Shown piece by piece: positions 24,199-32,797 of a DNA stretch of 52,780 nucleotides (position 1 is its first letter; each line of letters opens with the position of its first letter). The position numbers were made by a program, and so were the translations under genes. This DNA comes from an uncultured Bacillota bacterium (lineage in GTDB: Bacteria; Bacillota_I; Bacilli_A; RFN20; CAG-826), in NCBI GenBank assembly GCA_949291655.1, contig CASEWT010000002.1:1-52780 (forward strand), in the 5' to 3' direction. Below the pieces are notes generated by a model, which saw only the letters and a list, made by a program, of their open reading frames with translations, made no database searches and was not told where the DNA came from.

Positions 24199-25590
24199 TT
24201 ACTCCGAATCGGCAGTCCCGGGCCCTCCGTTTTCGGAGTAATCGATGGCATTTTCCGACGGCGAAGGGAGCTGGTTTTTGCGGATGGCATCGAAGCGGTT
24301 CCCGATCTTTTTCACGGTTGTCCCGAATTCGCTTGAACGCTTCTCGAGCGTCGCAATCGTCTTGGACAAATCGTCCCACCGTTTCGTAAAGCGCCCGAAT
24401 TCCTTGCCGAGTTTCCCTAGTTCCTCGTTGATGATCTTGAGGTTCTTGTTCCGCTCGCTATCGACGGCGGCGTTATGGAAAAGGACGATGATGGCTTGGA
24501 GAGTAGCCGGGCAGGAGACGATAACGTGTTCGGCTCGGGCCTCGCTTAGCAAGTCGGGACAATGGGACGATATGTAGGCGTAGACACCGTCGTTGGGTAT
24601 GAAGACGACGGCGCTATCGACGGTCTTGCCATGGACGATGTACTTGCTGGCCACTTCCCGGATCCGGTTCCGGACAGCTTGGCGGAAAGAGCGCGCAAGA
24701 TTCAGCCGTTCGCCCTCCTCGATATCCTCCCCGGAAAAGAGTTTCCGATAGTCGGCGAAAGGGAACTTGGAATCGATGCAGAGCTTCGTTTTCCCTTCGC
24801 TTCCTTGGAAGATGATGGTCGCGTCGGGCCTCCGCCTCATTCCGTCGTCCCCGATCCCGAGGTCGTCTTGGATTTCGTAGTAGACACCCTTACCGTCCGG
24901 AAAAGTGCTTTCGAGGAGCATCTCGAGTTGCAGCTCGCCGTATTGCCCGCGGCTTTGGTTGTTCGAAAGGACGTTGTTTAAGGAAACGACCTGCTTTTGA
25001 AGCGAATCGAGGTTCTTCTGGGCTTCGTCGATCTTCGCAAGGCGCGTTTTGACCTCGCCCATCGCCTCGGAGTTTTGCTTGAAGCCGTCTTGGAGGGATT
25101 CGTCGACCTTCTTGTTGATGTCCAGGAGGTTTTTGTCGATCTTGCCGGAAAGCTCCATGACCCGATTGGTAAGGGCTTCGTTCATTTTGTCTACCCGTTC
25201 GTTCAACGTCCTATTCATCGAAAGGAGGGAACTCGAAAGTCCCTCGCTCATGCCCTTCTGGAAAGCAGCCAACTGTTCGAGCGAACGCTCGCTGTTTTTC
25301 CCGATATCGGCCTTTAGCATGACCGTTTTCTCCGCAAAAGCCAGATCGATTTTTTGATTAATAGCCTTTTCCAAGGTCTCGATCTTGGCTTCCAGGCGGC
25401 CGTAGGACGAAGGTTCGGCGCCCTTCTTTTTCAAGGCGACGACCAAGGCAACCGCGGAGAGGACAATGAGGACGGCCAACATGGCGATGATTGCATATTC
25501 GATCATGGAAAACCTCTGCCCATAGTTTATCGCGGCAAGGGAAGGACGCGTCCCCCACTTTCGTTCAATTTCCTGCCAAAAAGTTGTCAT
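24199..25590 (-). CDS. rmuC: DNA recombination protein RmuC
   Basis: 463 aa with an N-terminal TM helix, a long coiled-coil region and an RmuC-type C-terminal domain (...RPDATIIF...LCIDSKFP...VVFIPNDG...). Confidence 0.85.
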   Translation of the reverse strand: MTTFWQEIERKWGTRPSLAAINYGQRFSMIEYAIIAMLAVLIVLSAVALVVALKKKGAEPSSYGRLEAKIETLEKAINQKIDLAFAEKTVMLKADIGKNSERSLEQLAAFQKGMSEGLSSSLLSMNRTLNERVDKMNEALTNRVMELSGKIDKNLLDINKKVDESLQDGFKQNSEAMGEVKTRLAKIDEAQKNLDSLQKQVVSLNNVLSNNQSRGQYGELQLEMLLESTFPDGKGVYYEIQDDLGIGDDGMRRRPDATIIFQGSEGKTKLCIDSKFPFADYRKLFSGEDIEEGERLNLARSFRQAVRNRIREVASKYIVHGKTVDSAVVFIPNDGVYAYISSHCPDLLSEARAEHVIVSCPATLQAIIVLFHNAAVDSERNKNLKIINEELGKLGKEFGRFTKRWDDLSKTIATLEKRSSEFGTTVKKIGNRFDAIRKNQLPSPSENAIDYSENGGPGTADSE

Positions 25591-25661
25591 CCGTCCTTTC
25601 CTTCGAATCTGTCGATACCGGCGAAAGTCAAGGGCTGAACTTGAAAATTCCGGCGCCTAGA

Positions 25662-26915
25662 ATGAAGCCCATGAAGCGAACGATTGCCGTCATCGACCTG
25701 AAGAGCTTTTATGCCTCGTGCGAATGCGTTTGCCGGCACCTCGATCCTTTTTCGACGCCCCTTGTTTGCTGCGATCCCTATCGTTCGGGGTCCTCGGTCG
25801 TCATGAGCGTCTCCCCTTTCCTCAAAGAACGATATGGAGTGCCGAATGTCTGCCGCCGGCGCGACCTTCCAACCATCGACGGGATGATCTATGCCGTGCC
25901 GCGGATGAGCTATTACCTCAAGGTATCGGCCAAGGTTCTCGCGATCTTCCTCGATTACGTCGCCCTCGAGGACATCCACGTCTACTCGGTCGACGAATCC
26001 TTCATCGACCTCACGGGCTATCTTTCCTACTACGATTGCCCGCCCGAGGCCATCGTGGCCAGGATCCAAGCCGACATCGAGAAGAAACTCGGCATCACGG
26101 CCACGGCCGGTATAAGCGAAAACATGTTCCTTGCCAAATGCGCGCTCGACAAAGAAGGGAAGAAGCGGCCGCCCTATCTCGCCAACTGGGACCAGGAGGA
26201 GGGCCGATCCCGCCTCCGGAACATCTATCCCCTCAATGAAATCTGGGGAATCGCCGGCGGCATCAGCGAACGGCTCCACCGCCGCGGCATCCGTTCCATA
26301 AGCGACTTGGCCAGTTCCTCGCCCGACATGCTCAAGAGAGAATTCGGCATCATGGGCGAGCAGCTTTTCGACATGTCCAACGGCATCGACCGGAGCCGGA
26401 TGAACGAAAATTACGAACCCGTTAATCCCTCGCTCACCCTCGGGCAAACCCTCAACCGCGACTACCGGGGGGCGGAGATTTCCCTCCTTGTCCGTGAAAT
26501 GGGAGAAGAGCTGGCCGTCCGTCTTCAAGCCCAGGAAAAACTCTCGGGAAAAGTTTCCCTCATGCTTGGCTATAGCGACGGGCTCCGCCCTTTCAGCCGC
26601 CAGCGGACACTTGTCTCGCCGACCGACGATACCGCGACGCTTGTCTCGAACCTCCTTTTCCTTCTTCGCGACGCCAACGGGCGCCTGCCCATCCGGTCGC
26701 TCTCGATAGCCTACGGGAAGCTCGTCGAGCCAGACTACGAGCAGCTCTCCCTCCTCGAGGACCCGGAGGAAAAAGACCGACGGCGGAGGCTGGCCCGGGC
26801 TACCGATGCCATCCATTCCCTTTTCGGGCGCGATTCCCTTCTGCCTTGCTCGGCCCTTACCAAGGCCTCGACCCTCAAGATGCGCCACGGGCAAATCGGA
26901 GGCCATAAGCAATGA
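25662..26915 (+). CDS. Y-family (UmuC/DinB/ImpB-type) translesion DNA polymerase
   Basis: MKPMKRTIAVIDLKSFYASCECV... and YSVDESFIDLT are Y-family catalytic motifs. The track ORF starts at 25491 inside rmuC, so Met at 25662 (or 25671) is the more plausible start. Confidence 0.88.
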   Translation: MKPMKRTIAVIDLKSFYASCECVCRHLDPFSTPLVCCDPYRSGSSVVMSVSPFLKERYGVPNVCRRRDLPTIDGMIYAVPRMSYYLKVSAKVLAIFLDYVALEDIHVYSVDESFIDLTGYLSYYDCPPEAIVARIQADIEKKLGITATAGISENMFLAKCALDKEGKKRPPYLANWDQEEGRSRLRNIYPLNEIWGIAGGISERLHRRGIRSISDLASSSPDMLKREFGIMGEQLFDMSNGIDRSRMNENYEPVNPSLTLGQTLNRDYRGAEISLLVREMGEELAVRLQAQEKLSGKVSLMLGYSDGLRPFSRQRTLVSPTDDTATLVSNLLFLLRDANGRLPIRSLSIAYGKLVEPDYEQLSLLEDPEEKDRRRRLARATDAIHSLFGRDSLLPCSALTKASTLKMRHGQIGGHKQ

Positions 26916-27241
26916 GCGAGCGCGGCATGAAGAAGTGGCTTCCCTATAAGTCGCTCACCGAACAAGGCAGCTACCTAAGCGAAATCATCGCCCGCAAATC
27001 GATTGAGGAAAGGCCCGTCCCCTTGGAAGACGAAGCCCGGAAGATCGACTCTTTCTTGCGGAGCTACGAGGGAGGCGAAATCGAGCTTCGCTATTTTGCC
27101 TCCGGCCACGTCCACTCCTGCAAGGGCGTCCCAACCAAGATCGATTTCCGCGCGAAGCGGCTTGTTTTCCCTTCTTTCGAGATCCCTTTTTCCTCCATCG
27201 TCGAAATAATCGCCGAGGAAGATTTTGACATTCCCCAATAA
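26912..27241 (+). CDS. YolD-like small protein (accessory partner of Firmicute Y-family polymerases)
   Basis: 109 aa starting KKWLPYKSLTEQ..., which resembles the YolD-like family. It has a 4-nt ATGA overlap with the polymerase gene. Confidence 0.6.
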   Translation: MSERGMKKWLPYKSLTEQGSYLSEIIARKSIEERPVPLEDEARKIDSFLRSYEGGEIELRYFASGHVHSCKGVPTKIDFRAKRLVFPSFEIPFSSIVEIIAEEDFDIPQ

Positions 27242-27266
27242 AAAGCCCGCCTTCCTTCTTAATAGG

Positions 27267-27331
27267 TTGAATCCCGCAATTGCTCGGGGTTCAAGGAAGG
27301 CCCCCATCATATAGCCCCCCAGGGGGCCTTC
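27267..27331 (+). other. Two adjacent GC-rich hairpins between the yolD-like gene and the sigma gene (possible terminator or alternative-structure element)
   Basis: Hairpin A is TTGAATCCCG-caattgct-CGGGGTTCAA (27267-27294). Hairpin B is GAAGGCCCCC-16 nt-GGGGGCCTTC (27296-27331). GGAAGG at 27295-27300 can also pair with CCTTCC at 27250-27255. Confidence 0.4.
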
Positions 27332-27358
27332 TAATTACTTAAGGGGTATAATCGGGAC

Positions 27359-27922
27359 ATGAACGAAGAGCGGCTCGAAAAAGCGATGGTCGCCTTGCAG
27401 AAAGGCGACGGGAACGCCCTCGCGGAGATCTACCAGATCACCAGCAAGGGGGTTTTCACTTTCGTTTTGCCGATCCTTCGCGACTACCAACTTGCCGAAG
27501 ACGTCATGCAGGACACCTACGTCAGCTGCTACGAGAACATCGCCAGTTACCGTCCGGGCACCAACCCGCGGAATTGGCTGTTGACGATTGCCAAGAACAC
27601 GGCTCTTTCAAAGCTCAGAAAACGGAACAAGGAACTTTCCTTCGACTTCGACAGCGAGCCCAATGCCGGAGGCGTCTACTACCTCGGGGAAATCGATAGC
27701 CCGACGATTACCTTGGCCAACAAAGTCCTGGCCGAAGACGAATTCAACATCGTCATGATGTACGCTATCGGCGGTTACAAGCACAAGGAAATCGCCGAAT
27801 TCCTCCACATGCCTTTGGGCACCGTCACCTGGAAATACGCGACGGCTCTCAAGAAACTCAGGAAGGCGCTGGCCGATGAAGAAAGTAAATACGCGCTCAA
27901 GAGGCAGCTCCAAAGCAACTAG
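27359..27922 (+). CDS. ECF-type (group 4) sigma-70 family factor, copy 1
   Basis: 187 aa with region 2 (AEDVMQDTYVSCYENIASY...NWLLTIAKN) and a region 4 HTH (YKHKEIAEFLHMPLGTVTWKYATALKKLR). TATAAT lies 6 nt upstream of the ATG. Confidence 0.88.
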   Translation: MNEERLEKAMVALQKGDGNALAEIYQITSKGVFTFVLPILRDYQLAEDVMQDTYVSCYENIASYRPGTNPRNWLLTIAKNTALSKLRKRNKELSFDFDSEPNAGGVYYLGEIDSPTITLANKVLAEDEFNIVMMYAIGGYKHKEIAEFLHMPLGTVTWKYATALKKLRKALADEESKYALKRQLQSN

Positions 27923-29357
27923 CCGGAGCGCCGCCCTCGAGGCGCGCGCCAAACTCGAAAGGGAACAGGAAGAAGAGGTTCTTTCGCTTCTTAGGAAAGA
28001 AGCCGAGGCCTTCGTCCCCAACGTTTACCCTTCCGTCAAGAAGAAGGCCGGGCTTCTGGCCCCCATCGAGACGCGAGAAGAGCTTTCTCTTACGGAAATC
28101 CTCGGAAACGAGGGAAACAAAATGGTTCCCGACCTCGAAAAGCTCATCTACCAAAAGACGGGCGCAAGGAAAAGCTTCCGCCTTGGGACCCATTTGAACT
28201 TCCGCCGGACGGCAGCCGCCATCGGCACTTGCCTGTCATCGGCTTTCATCTTCGGGGCCGTGGTCGCCGCAACCAGCGCTTTGCCTGGAGGCTCCGATGC
28301 CCCCGGCGCCTTGATCCGCCTTTCGATTGCCCCGGCATCGAGCCAGAACGCGGAAAAAGGCACTAACGAAGGACCGGTCAATCCCTATAAGCCGGAATTC
28401 CTCTTGGTCCCGACCTCCGATGCCGAGGTCTGCCAAGGCGGCTTCAGCCCGATGAACTTAAGCGCCACCTATGTCGTGGATGGGCTCGGAAGCTCAAAAA
28501 AAGACCGTTTCTCCGTCGAGGAAGTGTTCTCGGCCATCTTCGAAGGCTCCTACGAAACCGGCTACATCGAAGCCAAGACGCCGGCCTCCTACAATGTTAT
28601 CGAAATTTCGATCGTCACCGACCAAAGCGATTTCGAGGACCTCTACGTGAAGGCGGCTGAAGCAGCCCTCCGCAAGAGCCTTTGCGAAAAGCGGATCTAT
28701 GCCAAGCTGGAATTCACTTGCGACCTCCTCGAACCCTCGATATCGGAAATGAACTACGCGGAAGCGGCGGATGTCTTCTCCGTTTACGAACTGCTCAACC
28801 GGAAGGTGAACTACGGCGCCCTCCTCAGTGAGTCGGCCTCTGTCATCGAGGCGCTCAAGGAAGTCGGTAGCGCCATGGCCGCGGCTCCCCTAAGCGATGC
28901 GGCCCGCCTTTCCATCGGACGCGGCCTTTCGATTTCCTACGCGGTCTATTCCCAAGGCGGAAACTGCCTCCTGACTGCTGAGGAAATCGAGCAGTTGAAG
29001 GAAAAACTCCTCGCCATGCGGGAAGAGATTCCATGGGACGTCAATCCCTCACTCCTTGACGAAGATCCCTACTACCTCCTCAATAATCCCGATTATTGCG
29101 AAGGCCTGACGGGCGAGGCGAAGGAAGCCTCCGAGTTTTTCTTCGACATCCAAAAAGCCATCATCGACTTCGCCGGCTCAAGCAAGGAAAACTACCTCGG
29201 TTTCCTTTCGATGACGAGCGCCTTCCTCAACAAGATGGCTTCGCGACCGGGCTCTTGCCCCGATCCTTACGGCTATCCCTACGACCCCGGCGGCCACACC
29301 CCCGGAACCGGCCCAAACTCAGCCAACTGGGGCGAGGGTGAAATCGTTCTCGCCTGA
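27876..29357 (+). CDS. Putative single-pass anti-sigma factor with a ~355-aa extracytoplasmic domain
   Basis: 493 aa. It overlaps the sigma gene 3' end by 47 nt. It has a basic N-terminal segment, one TM helix (AAAIGTCLSSAFIFGAVVAATSAL) and then a large domain of unknown fold. Confidence 0.6.
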   Translation: MKKVNTRSRGSSKATSRSAALEARAKLEREQEEEVLSLLRKEAEAFVPNVYPSVKKKAGLLAPIETREELSLTEILGNEGNKMVPDLEKLIYQKTGARKSFRLGTHLNFRRTAAAIGTCLSSAFIFGAVVAATSALPGGSDAPGALIRLSIAPASSQNAEKGTNEGPVNPYKPEFLLVPTSDAEVCQGGFSPMNLSATYVVDGLGSSKKDRFSVEEVFSAIFEGSYETGYIEAKTPASYNVIEISIVTDQSDFEDLYVKAAEAALRKSLCEKRIYAKLEFTCDLLEPSISEMNYAEAADVFSVYELLNRKVNYGALLSESASVIEALKEVGSAMAAAPLSDAARLSIGRGLSISYAVYSQGGNCLLTAEEIEQLKEKLLAMREEIPWDVNPSLLDEDPYYLLNNPDYCEGLTGEAKEASEFFFDIQKAIIDFAGSSKENYLGFLSMTSAFLNKMASRPGSCPDPYGYPYDPGGHTPGTGPNSANWGEGEIVLA

Positions 29358-29375
29358 GATAAAAGCCATGGACAT

Positions 29376-29402
29376 AAGCCCTTATTGCAAGGGCTTTTTT
29401 GA
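29376..29402 (+). terminator. Intrinsic terminator after the anti-sigma gene
   Basis: AAGCCCTT-attgc-AAGGGCTT followed by TTTTTG. Confidence 0.8.
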
Positions 29403-29442
29403 TACTTCACCTAAAAATTGGCAGCAAAACGGCCTTCAAAAC

Positions 29443-29464
29443 AAAAAAGGGGCCGAAGCCCCTT
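29443..29464 (-). terminator. Intrinsic terminator after the aminopeptidase gene
   Basis: Minus strand reads AAGGGGC-ttcg-GCCCCTT followed by TTTTTGTTTTG. Confidence 0.8.
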
Positions 29465-29481
29465 CTTGTCCTAAGCAACAA

Positions 29482-30711
29482 TCAAAGCGCCCAAGTGCCG
29501 TTTTCGAAAACGGTGACCTCGCTTCCGTCTGCCCGGGTCCCGACGATCTTGAGGTCGCGGGTTCCGATCATGAAATCGACGTGGGAGGCCGAATAGTTGA
29601 TTCCTCTTTCGACAAGCTCATCGTTGGTGTATTTCTCGAAGTCGGGATAGAGGTTGCTAAAGCCGCGGCCCAGGGCCAAATGGCAAGCCGCGTTTTCGTC
29701 GTAGAGGGTATTGTAGAAAAGAAAGCCCAGCTGGTTGATCGGGCTCTCGAAAGGAACGAGAGCACATTCGCCAAGGTAGGCTGAGCCTTCATCGACCGAA
29801 AGGATCGAGCGAAGGGCTTCTTCCCCTTTCTCGGCATGGACCTCGACGGCCTTGCCTTTTTCAAAGCGAACCGAGAAGTTCTCGATGAGCTGCCCTTGGT
29901 AAGAAAGGGGCTTCGAGGCGTAGACAATGCCTTCGGCCTCTCCTTTCATCGGAGTCGTGAAAACCTCTTCCGAAGGGATGTTCGGCTGGAAGAGGGTCCC
30001 GGAGGTCGTCTTCTCTCCGCCGCCGAGGAAAATGACGCCGGGGATGAGGCCGACCGTGAAGTCGGTGCCGTTCCCGGCGGTGTAATGGAGTTTCCGAAGG
30101 CCGAGGGCATTGAGCCTCTCGCACTTATCCTTCAGGTTCCTCTCGTGTTCTTCCCAGTTGGCAAGCCCATTGCCGTCATAAGCCCGCGAGGCCTTGAGAA
30201 TGGCGTTCCAAAGGGCCTCCACCGCCTGCGAGCGAGGAAGGGCCGGGAAAACTTTCTTGGCCCAAGCGACGGTCGGGACGCCGGCAATCGTCCACTGGTA
30301 CTTGTTTTCCCGCTTCTGGCGAATCGGCCCGAAAATCCGCATCTTAGCTTGATGGATCCGGGCAAGTTTCTCGACGTTGACGCCAGCGAGGCCGTCGGGG
30401 TCGTCCCCGTCGAGCCAGATAAGGACCGGAAGCGAATCGGTCTCGTAATTCTGGAGGGCCACTTCCATCGGGGTCGGAACCGAACAGACCATTTCCTTCC
30501 CGTACTTGGCCTCGAGGCGGCTAAGCTTGGACGACTGCCACTCGTAGACGACGCGGCTTGCGCCTTGACGGTAGCATTCCCTTGCCACCACCTCGACGAA
30601 ATCCTCGAGTTCGACTTGGGCCCGGATAACCACTTCCTGACCTTTCTTAATCGCCCCGCCGGCTTTTACAATCAGTTCGGCGTAGGACTTGATAAGCGCT
30701 TTTTTGATCAT
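29482..30711 (-). CDS. M29-family aminopeptidase (AmpS/PepS-like)
   Basis: 409 aa with an N-terminus (IKSYAELIVKAGGAIKKGQEVVIRA) and overall layout typical of the aminopeptidase T/S family. Confidence 0.85.
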   Translation of the reverse strand: MIKKALIKSYAELIVKAGGAIKKGQEVVIRAQVELEDFVEVVARECYRQGASRVVYEWQSSKLSRLEAKYGKEMVCSVPTPMEVALQNYETDSLPVLIWLDGDDPDGLAGVNVEKLARIHQAKMRIFGPIRQKRENKYQWTIAGVPTVAWAKKVFPALPRSQAVEALWNAILKASRAYDGNGLANWEEHERNLKDKCERLNALGLRKLHYTAGNGTDFTVGLIPGVIFLGGGEKTTSGTLFQPNIPSEEVFTTPMKGEAEGIVYASKPLSYQGQLIENFSVRFEKGKAVEVHAEKGEEALRSILSVDEGSAYLGECALVPFESPINQLGFLFYNTLYDENAACHLALGRGFSNLYPDFEKYTNDELVERGINYSASHVDFMIGTRDLKIVGTRADGSEVTVFENGTWAL

Positions 30712-30795
30712 TTAGAACCTTTCTTTCCCGGTAATTTTATCGAGAAGCCGGCTTGATTAAAGAGGAAATGGCCCTCTTTCTCCTTTCCAATAGAG

Positions 30796-30803
30796 TGTAG
30801 AAT
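30796..30803 (+). promoter_or_regulatory. Extended -10 element (TGTAGAAT)
   Basis: TGnTAGAAT-like element 21 nt upstream of the ATG at 30825, with AAGGAGGG SD in between. Confidence 0.4.
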
Positions 30804-30824
30804 CATGCCAAGGAGGGCAAAACC

Positions 30825-31658
30825 ATGTCCAACACCAAAGAAAGCAAAATCCCCAGCCTCGGGAGGGGCTCCGCGGCCAAGACCGTCATCGACATCGTCG
30901 AGGCCCTTCTTTTCATCACGGCCGGGATTTTGGCCATCTGCTTTTCCGGTGACGAGACGTTCCAAACGACCATCATCATGGTCGTCGGCATCATTCTCAT
31001 TCTGTCGGGAGCCATCAAAGTCGTCGTCAACTTCCTTCCGATCCTTCGCCTGAGCTACGAAACCCGCTCAAGCCTCCAATACACGATGGTCGTCGGAGGA
31101 ACCTTCGAACTGGCCCTCGGCATCTCCCTCGTCGTTCTCTCTTCCGATAGCACCGCGGCATTCAATTCCATCGTTCTCTTCCTCGCTAACTTCATCGGGA
31201 TCAGCCTCCTGGTTGCCGGGGCTGCCCTCATCGCCTTTGCCGTCGCATTCCTCATAAGAAAGATCTATCCGGTCTATCTCCCGGTCCTTCAAATCGTCCT
31301 CGGAGTCGTGGCCATCGTCCTTGGGAGCCTCGTCATCGCCTATATGAGCGAGGCCCGGAATTTCATTCAGGTCGTCCTTATCGTCGTCGGCATCCTCCTT
31401 GCCCTTATCGGCATCCTTATCATCGGTAAGCTCGCCGGAAGGGCCTATATCCGCCATCTCGAAAAGAAGGCAGAGAAGGAGGCGGCTAAGGAAGGACTGT
31501 CTTCAGGACCAACCGAAAGCACCGAAATCGTCGTCTCGGACATCATCGAGGGAACGGCGACCGAGGCTTCGCCCAACGAAGCCGATGCCTCTTCCAAAGA
31601 AAGCGATGTCCCAGCCGTCGATGGCCCGAAAGCCCTCGACGAACCAAAGGGCGAATAA
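30825..31658 (+). CDS. Six-TM membrane protein (DUF308/HdeD-like repeat pattern) with an acidic C-terminal tail
   Basis: 277 aa with pairs of hydrophobic helices in a repeating pattern, followed by a Glu/Ser/Ala-rich tail. Confidence 0.6.
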   Translation: MSNTKESKIPSLGRGSAAKTVIDIVEALLFITAGILAICFSGDETFQTTIIMVVGIILILSGAIKVVVNFLPILRLSYETRSSLQYTMVVGGTFELALGISLVVLSSDSTAAFNSIVLFLANFIGISLLVAGAALIAFAVAFLIRKIYPVYLPVLQIVLGVVAIVLGSLVIAYMSEARNFIQVVLIVVGILLALIGILIIGKLAGRAYIRHLEKKAEKEAAKEGLSSGPTESTEIVVSDIIEGTATEASPNEADASSKESDVPAVDGPKALDEPKGE

Positions 31659-31659
31659 A

Positions 31660-31700
31660 GAAAGAAAAAGACCCGGCCGGACATCCGACCGGGTTTTCGG
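31660..31700. terminator. Bidirectional intrinsic terminator
   Basis: ACCCGG-c-CGGA-ca-TCCG-a-CCGGGT, flanked by an A-run upstream and TTTTCGGTTT downstream, between convergent stops at 31658 and 31711. Confidence 0.8.
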
Positions 31701-31710
31701 TTTCCTGACC

Positions 31711-32640
31711 TCAGGCTACCGTCTTGACGTAGGTTTTCTCGTAACCGAAGAAGGTGAGCGTATATACCGTGCGGCCTTCCTCGTCAATGCTGATTGCGAC
31801 GCGGCCATCGATCTCCCCGAGGGAGGGGTGCTCGATTTCGACGATAACGTTCTGAAGGCCGGCTTCCGAGGAAAGGACTTTGATTTCGAATTCCTTGCCG
31901 CCTTCTTCCCGCTCAAGGGCGATGACGACGTTGCCCCGGCGGTCGGTTTCGAGGGAGTACTCGCTACTTGCGACCTCGCGTCCGTTTTCAACCACGGTAT
32001 ATTCGTACTCGTTCTCGTTGAACTCGAATTCCTGCTCGATGAGGACGTAATTGGAACGGTCGCGGCTGATTTTGAGCTCGAGCTCCGTTTCGGTTTCCCG
32101 CCCTTCTACTTCCTCGGTTTCGATTCCGCTAAGGGTGAATTCGACGCCGTCTTTGATGGCCAGCCCCCGCAGGGTCGTGACCGTCTCGGTTTCGCCCTCA
32201 TCTTCTTCGTAGACCCGGGTTTCTTCGTTGAAGTAGAGATCGTAGGTCTCGCTTGTCCCGTCGAGGCCGTTCATCGTAATCGTGTAAAGCTTGGCGTAGT
32301 CGGCCTTGTCGGAGGTCTTTTCGACCACCTCGGCCGGGTTGAAGGAAGTGATGGCCGCGATTCCTTCGATGCCGGAGAGGATGTCTTCGGCTAGGGCGTC
32401 GTAGACGGCAGGATCAACGTTCCGGGCCCGCCTAGCAGCCACCGAGGGGACGGAAGAACCGTCAAGAAGGTTCATCGACATGATCGTTTGGGCCAGGTAG
32501 GCATTCTGCTCGCCGATGGCCTCGGTCGTTCCCCCGTTGGGGGTTGAGGGCATTGAAGAGGCATCTCCGGGCAGGTTTCCGGTGCAAGAGGCGAGGGTCG
32601 CGCCGGCGAGGATCGCCGCGCCGATTAGGGTTTTTTTCAT
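31711..32640 (-). CDS. Acidic lipoprotein that looks paralogous to the sensor domain of the adjacent anti-sigma factor
   Basis: ATG at 32640 with AAGGAG 7 nt upstream (the track uses a GTG at 32667). Signal peptide plus lipobox LASC (Cys19). Glu-rich beta-strand-like repeats. Confidence 0.8.
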   Translation of the reverse strand: MKKTLIGAAILAGATLASCTGNLPGDASSMPSTPNGGTTEAIGEQNAYLAQTIMSMNLLDGSSVPSVAARRARNVDPAVYDALAEDILSGIEGIAAITSFNPAEVVEKTSDKADYAKLYTITMNGLDGTSETYDLYFNEETRVYEEDEGETETVTTLRGLAIKDGVEFTLSGIETEEVEGRETETELELKISRDRSNYVLIEQEFEFNENEYEYTVVENGREVASSEYSLETDRRGNVVIALEREEGGKEFEIKVLSSEAGLQNVIVEIEHPSLGEIDGRVAISIDEEGRTVYTLTFFGYEKTYVKTVA

Positions 32641-32678
32641 TTTGGTTCTCCTTGTGGTTTTGACCACTTACGACAACC

Positions 32679-32708
32679 AAACGGAGTGACACGCCCTTTT
32701 ATTACAAC
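32679..32708 (-). promoter_or_regulatory. ECF-type promoter candidate (GTTGTAAT-N16-CCGTTT) upstream of the lipoprotein gene
   Basis: Minus strand reads GTTGTAATAAAAGGGCGTGTCACTCCGTTT. The same motif with identical spacing occurs upstream of the sigma gene at 34426-34455. It resembles the TGTAAC/TGAAAC-N16-17-CGT promoters of Bacillus ECF sigmas. Confidence 0.5.
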
Positions 32709-32750
32709 AAAGCACAAAATTGTTTTTTTGATTGCCCTTTTCTATGAAAT

Positions 32751-32780
32751 AGAAAGAAAACCCCTTATTTCAAAGGGGCT
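32751..32780 (-). terminator. Intrinsic terminator after anti-sigma gene 2
   Basis: Minus strand reads CCCCTT-tgaaat-AAGGGG followed by TTTTCTTTCT. Confidence 0.7.
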
Positions 32781-32797
32781 TTGCGAGGATTTTGCCT

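Noticed and set aside
27266-27300. GTTGAAT-N16-GTTCAA upstream of sigma-1 as an autoregulated ECF promoter analogous to GTTGTAAT-N16-CCGTTT.
   Set aside because: The -10-like part lacks the CGT core. The two halves are exactly the arms of a 10-bp hairpin, which explains the sequence better. A perfect TATAAT sits much closer to the gene.
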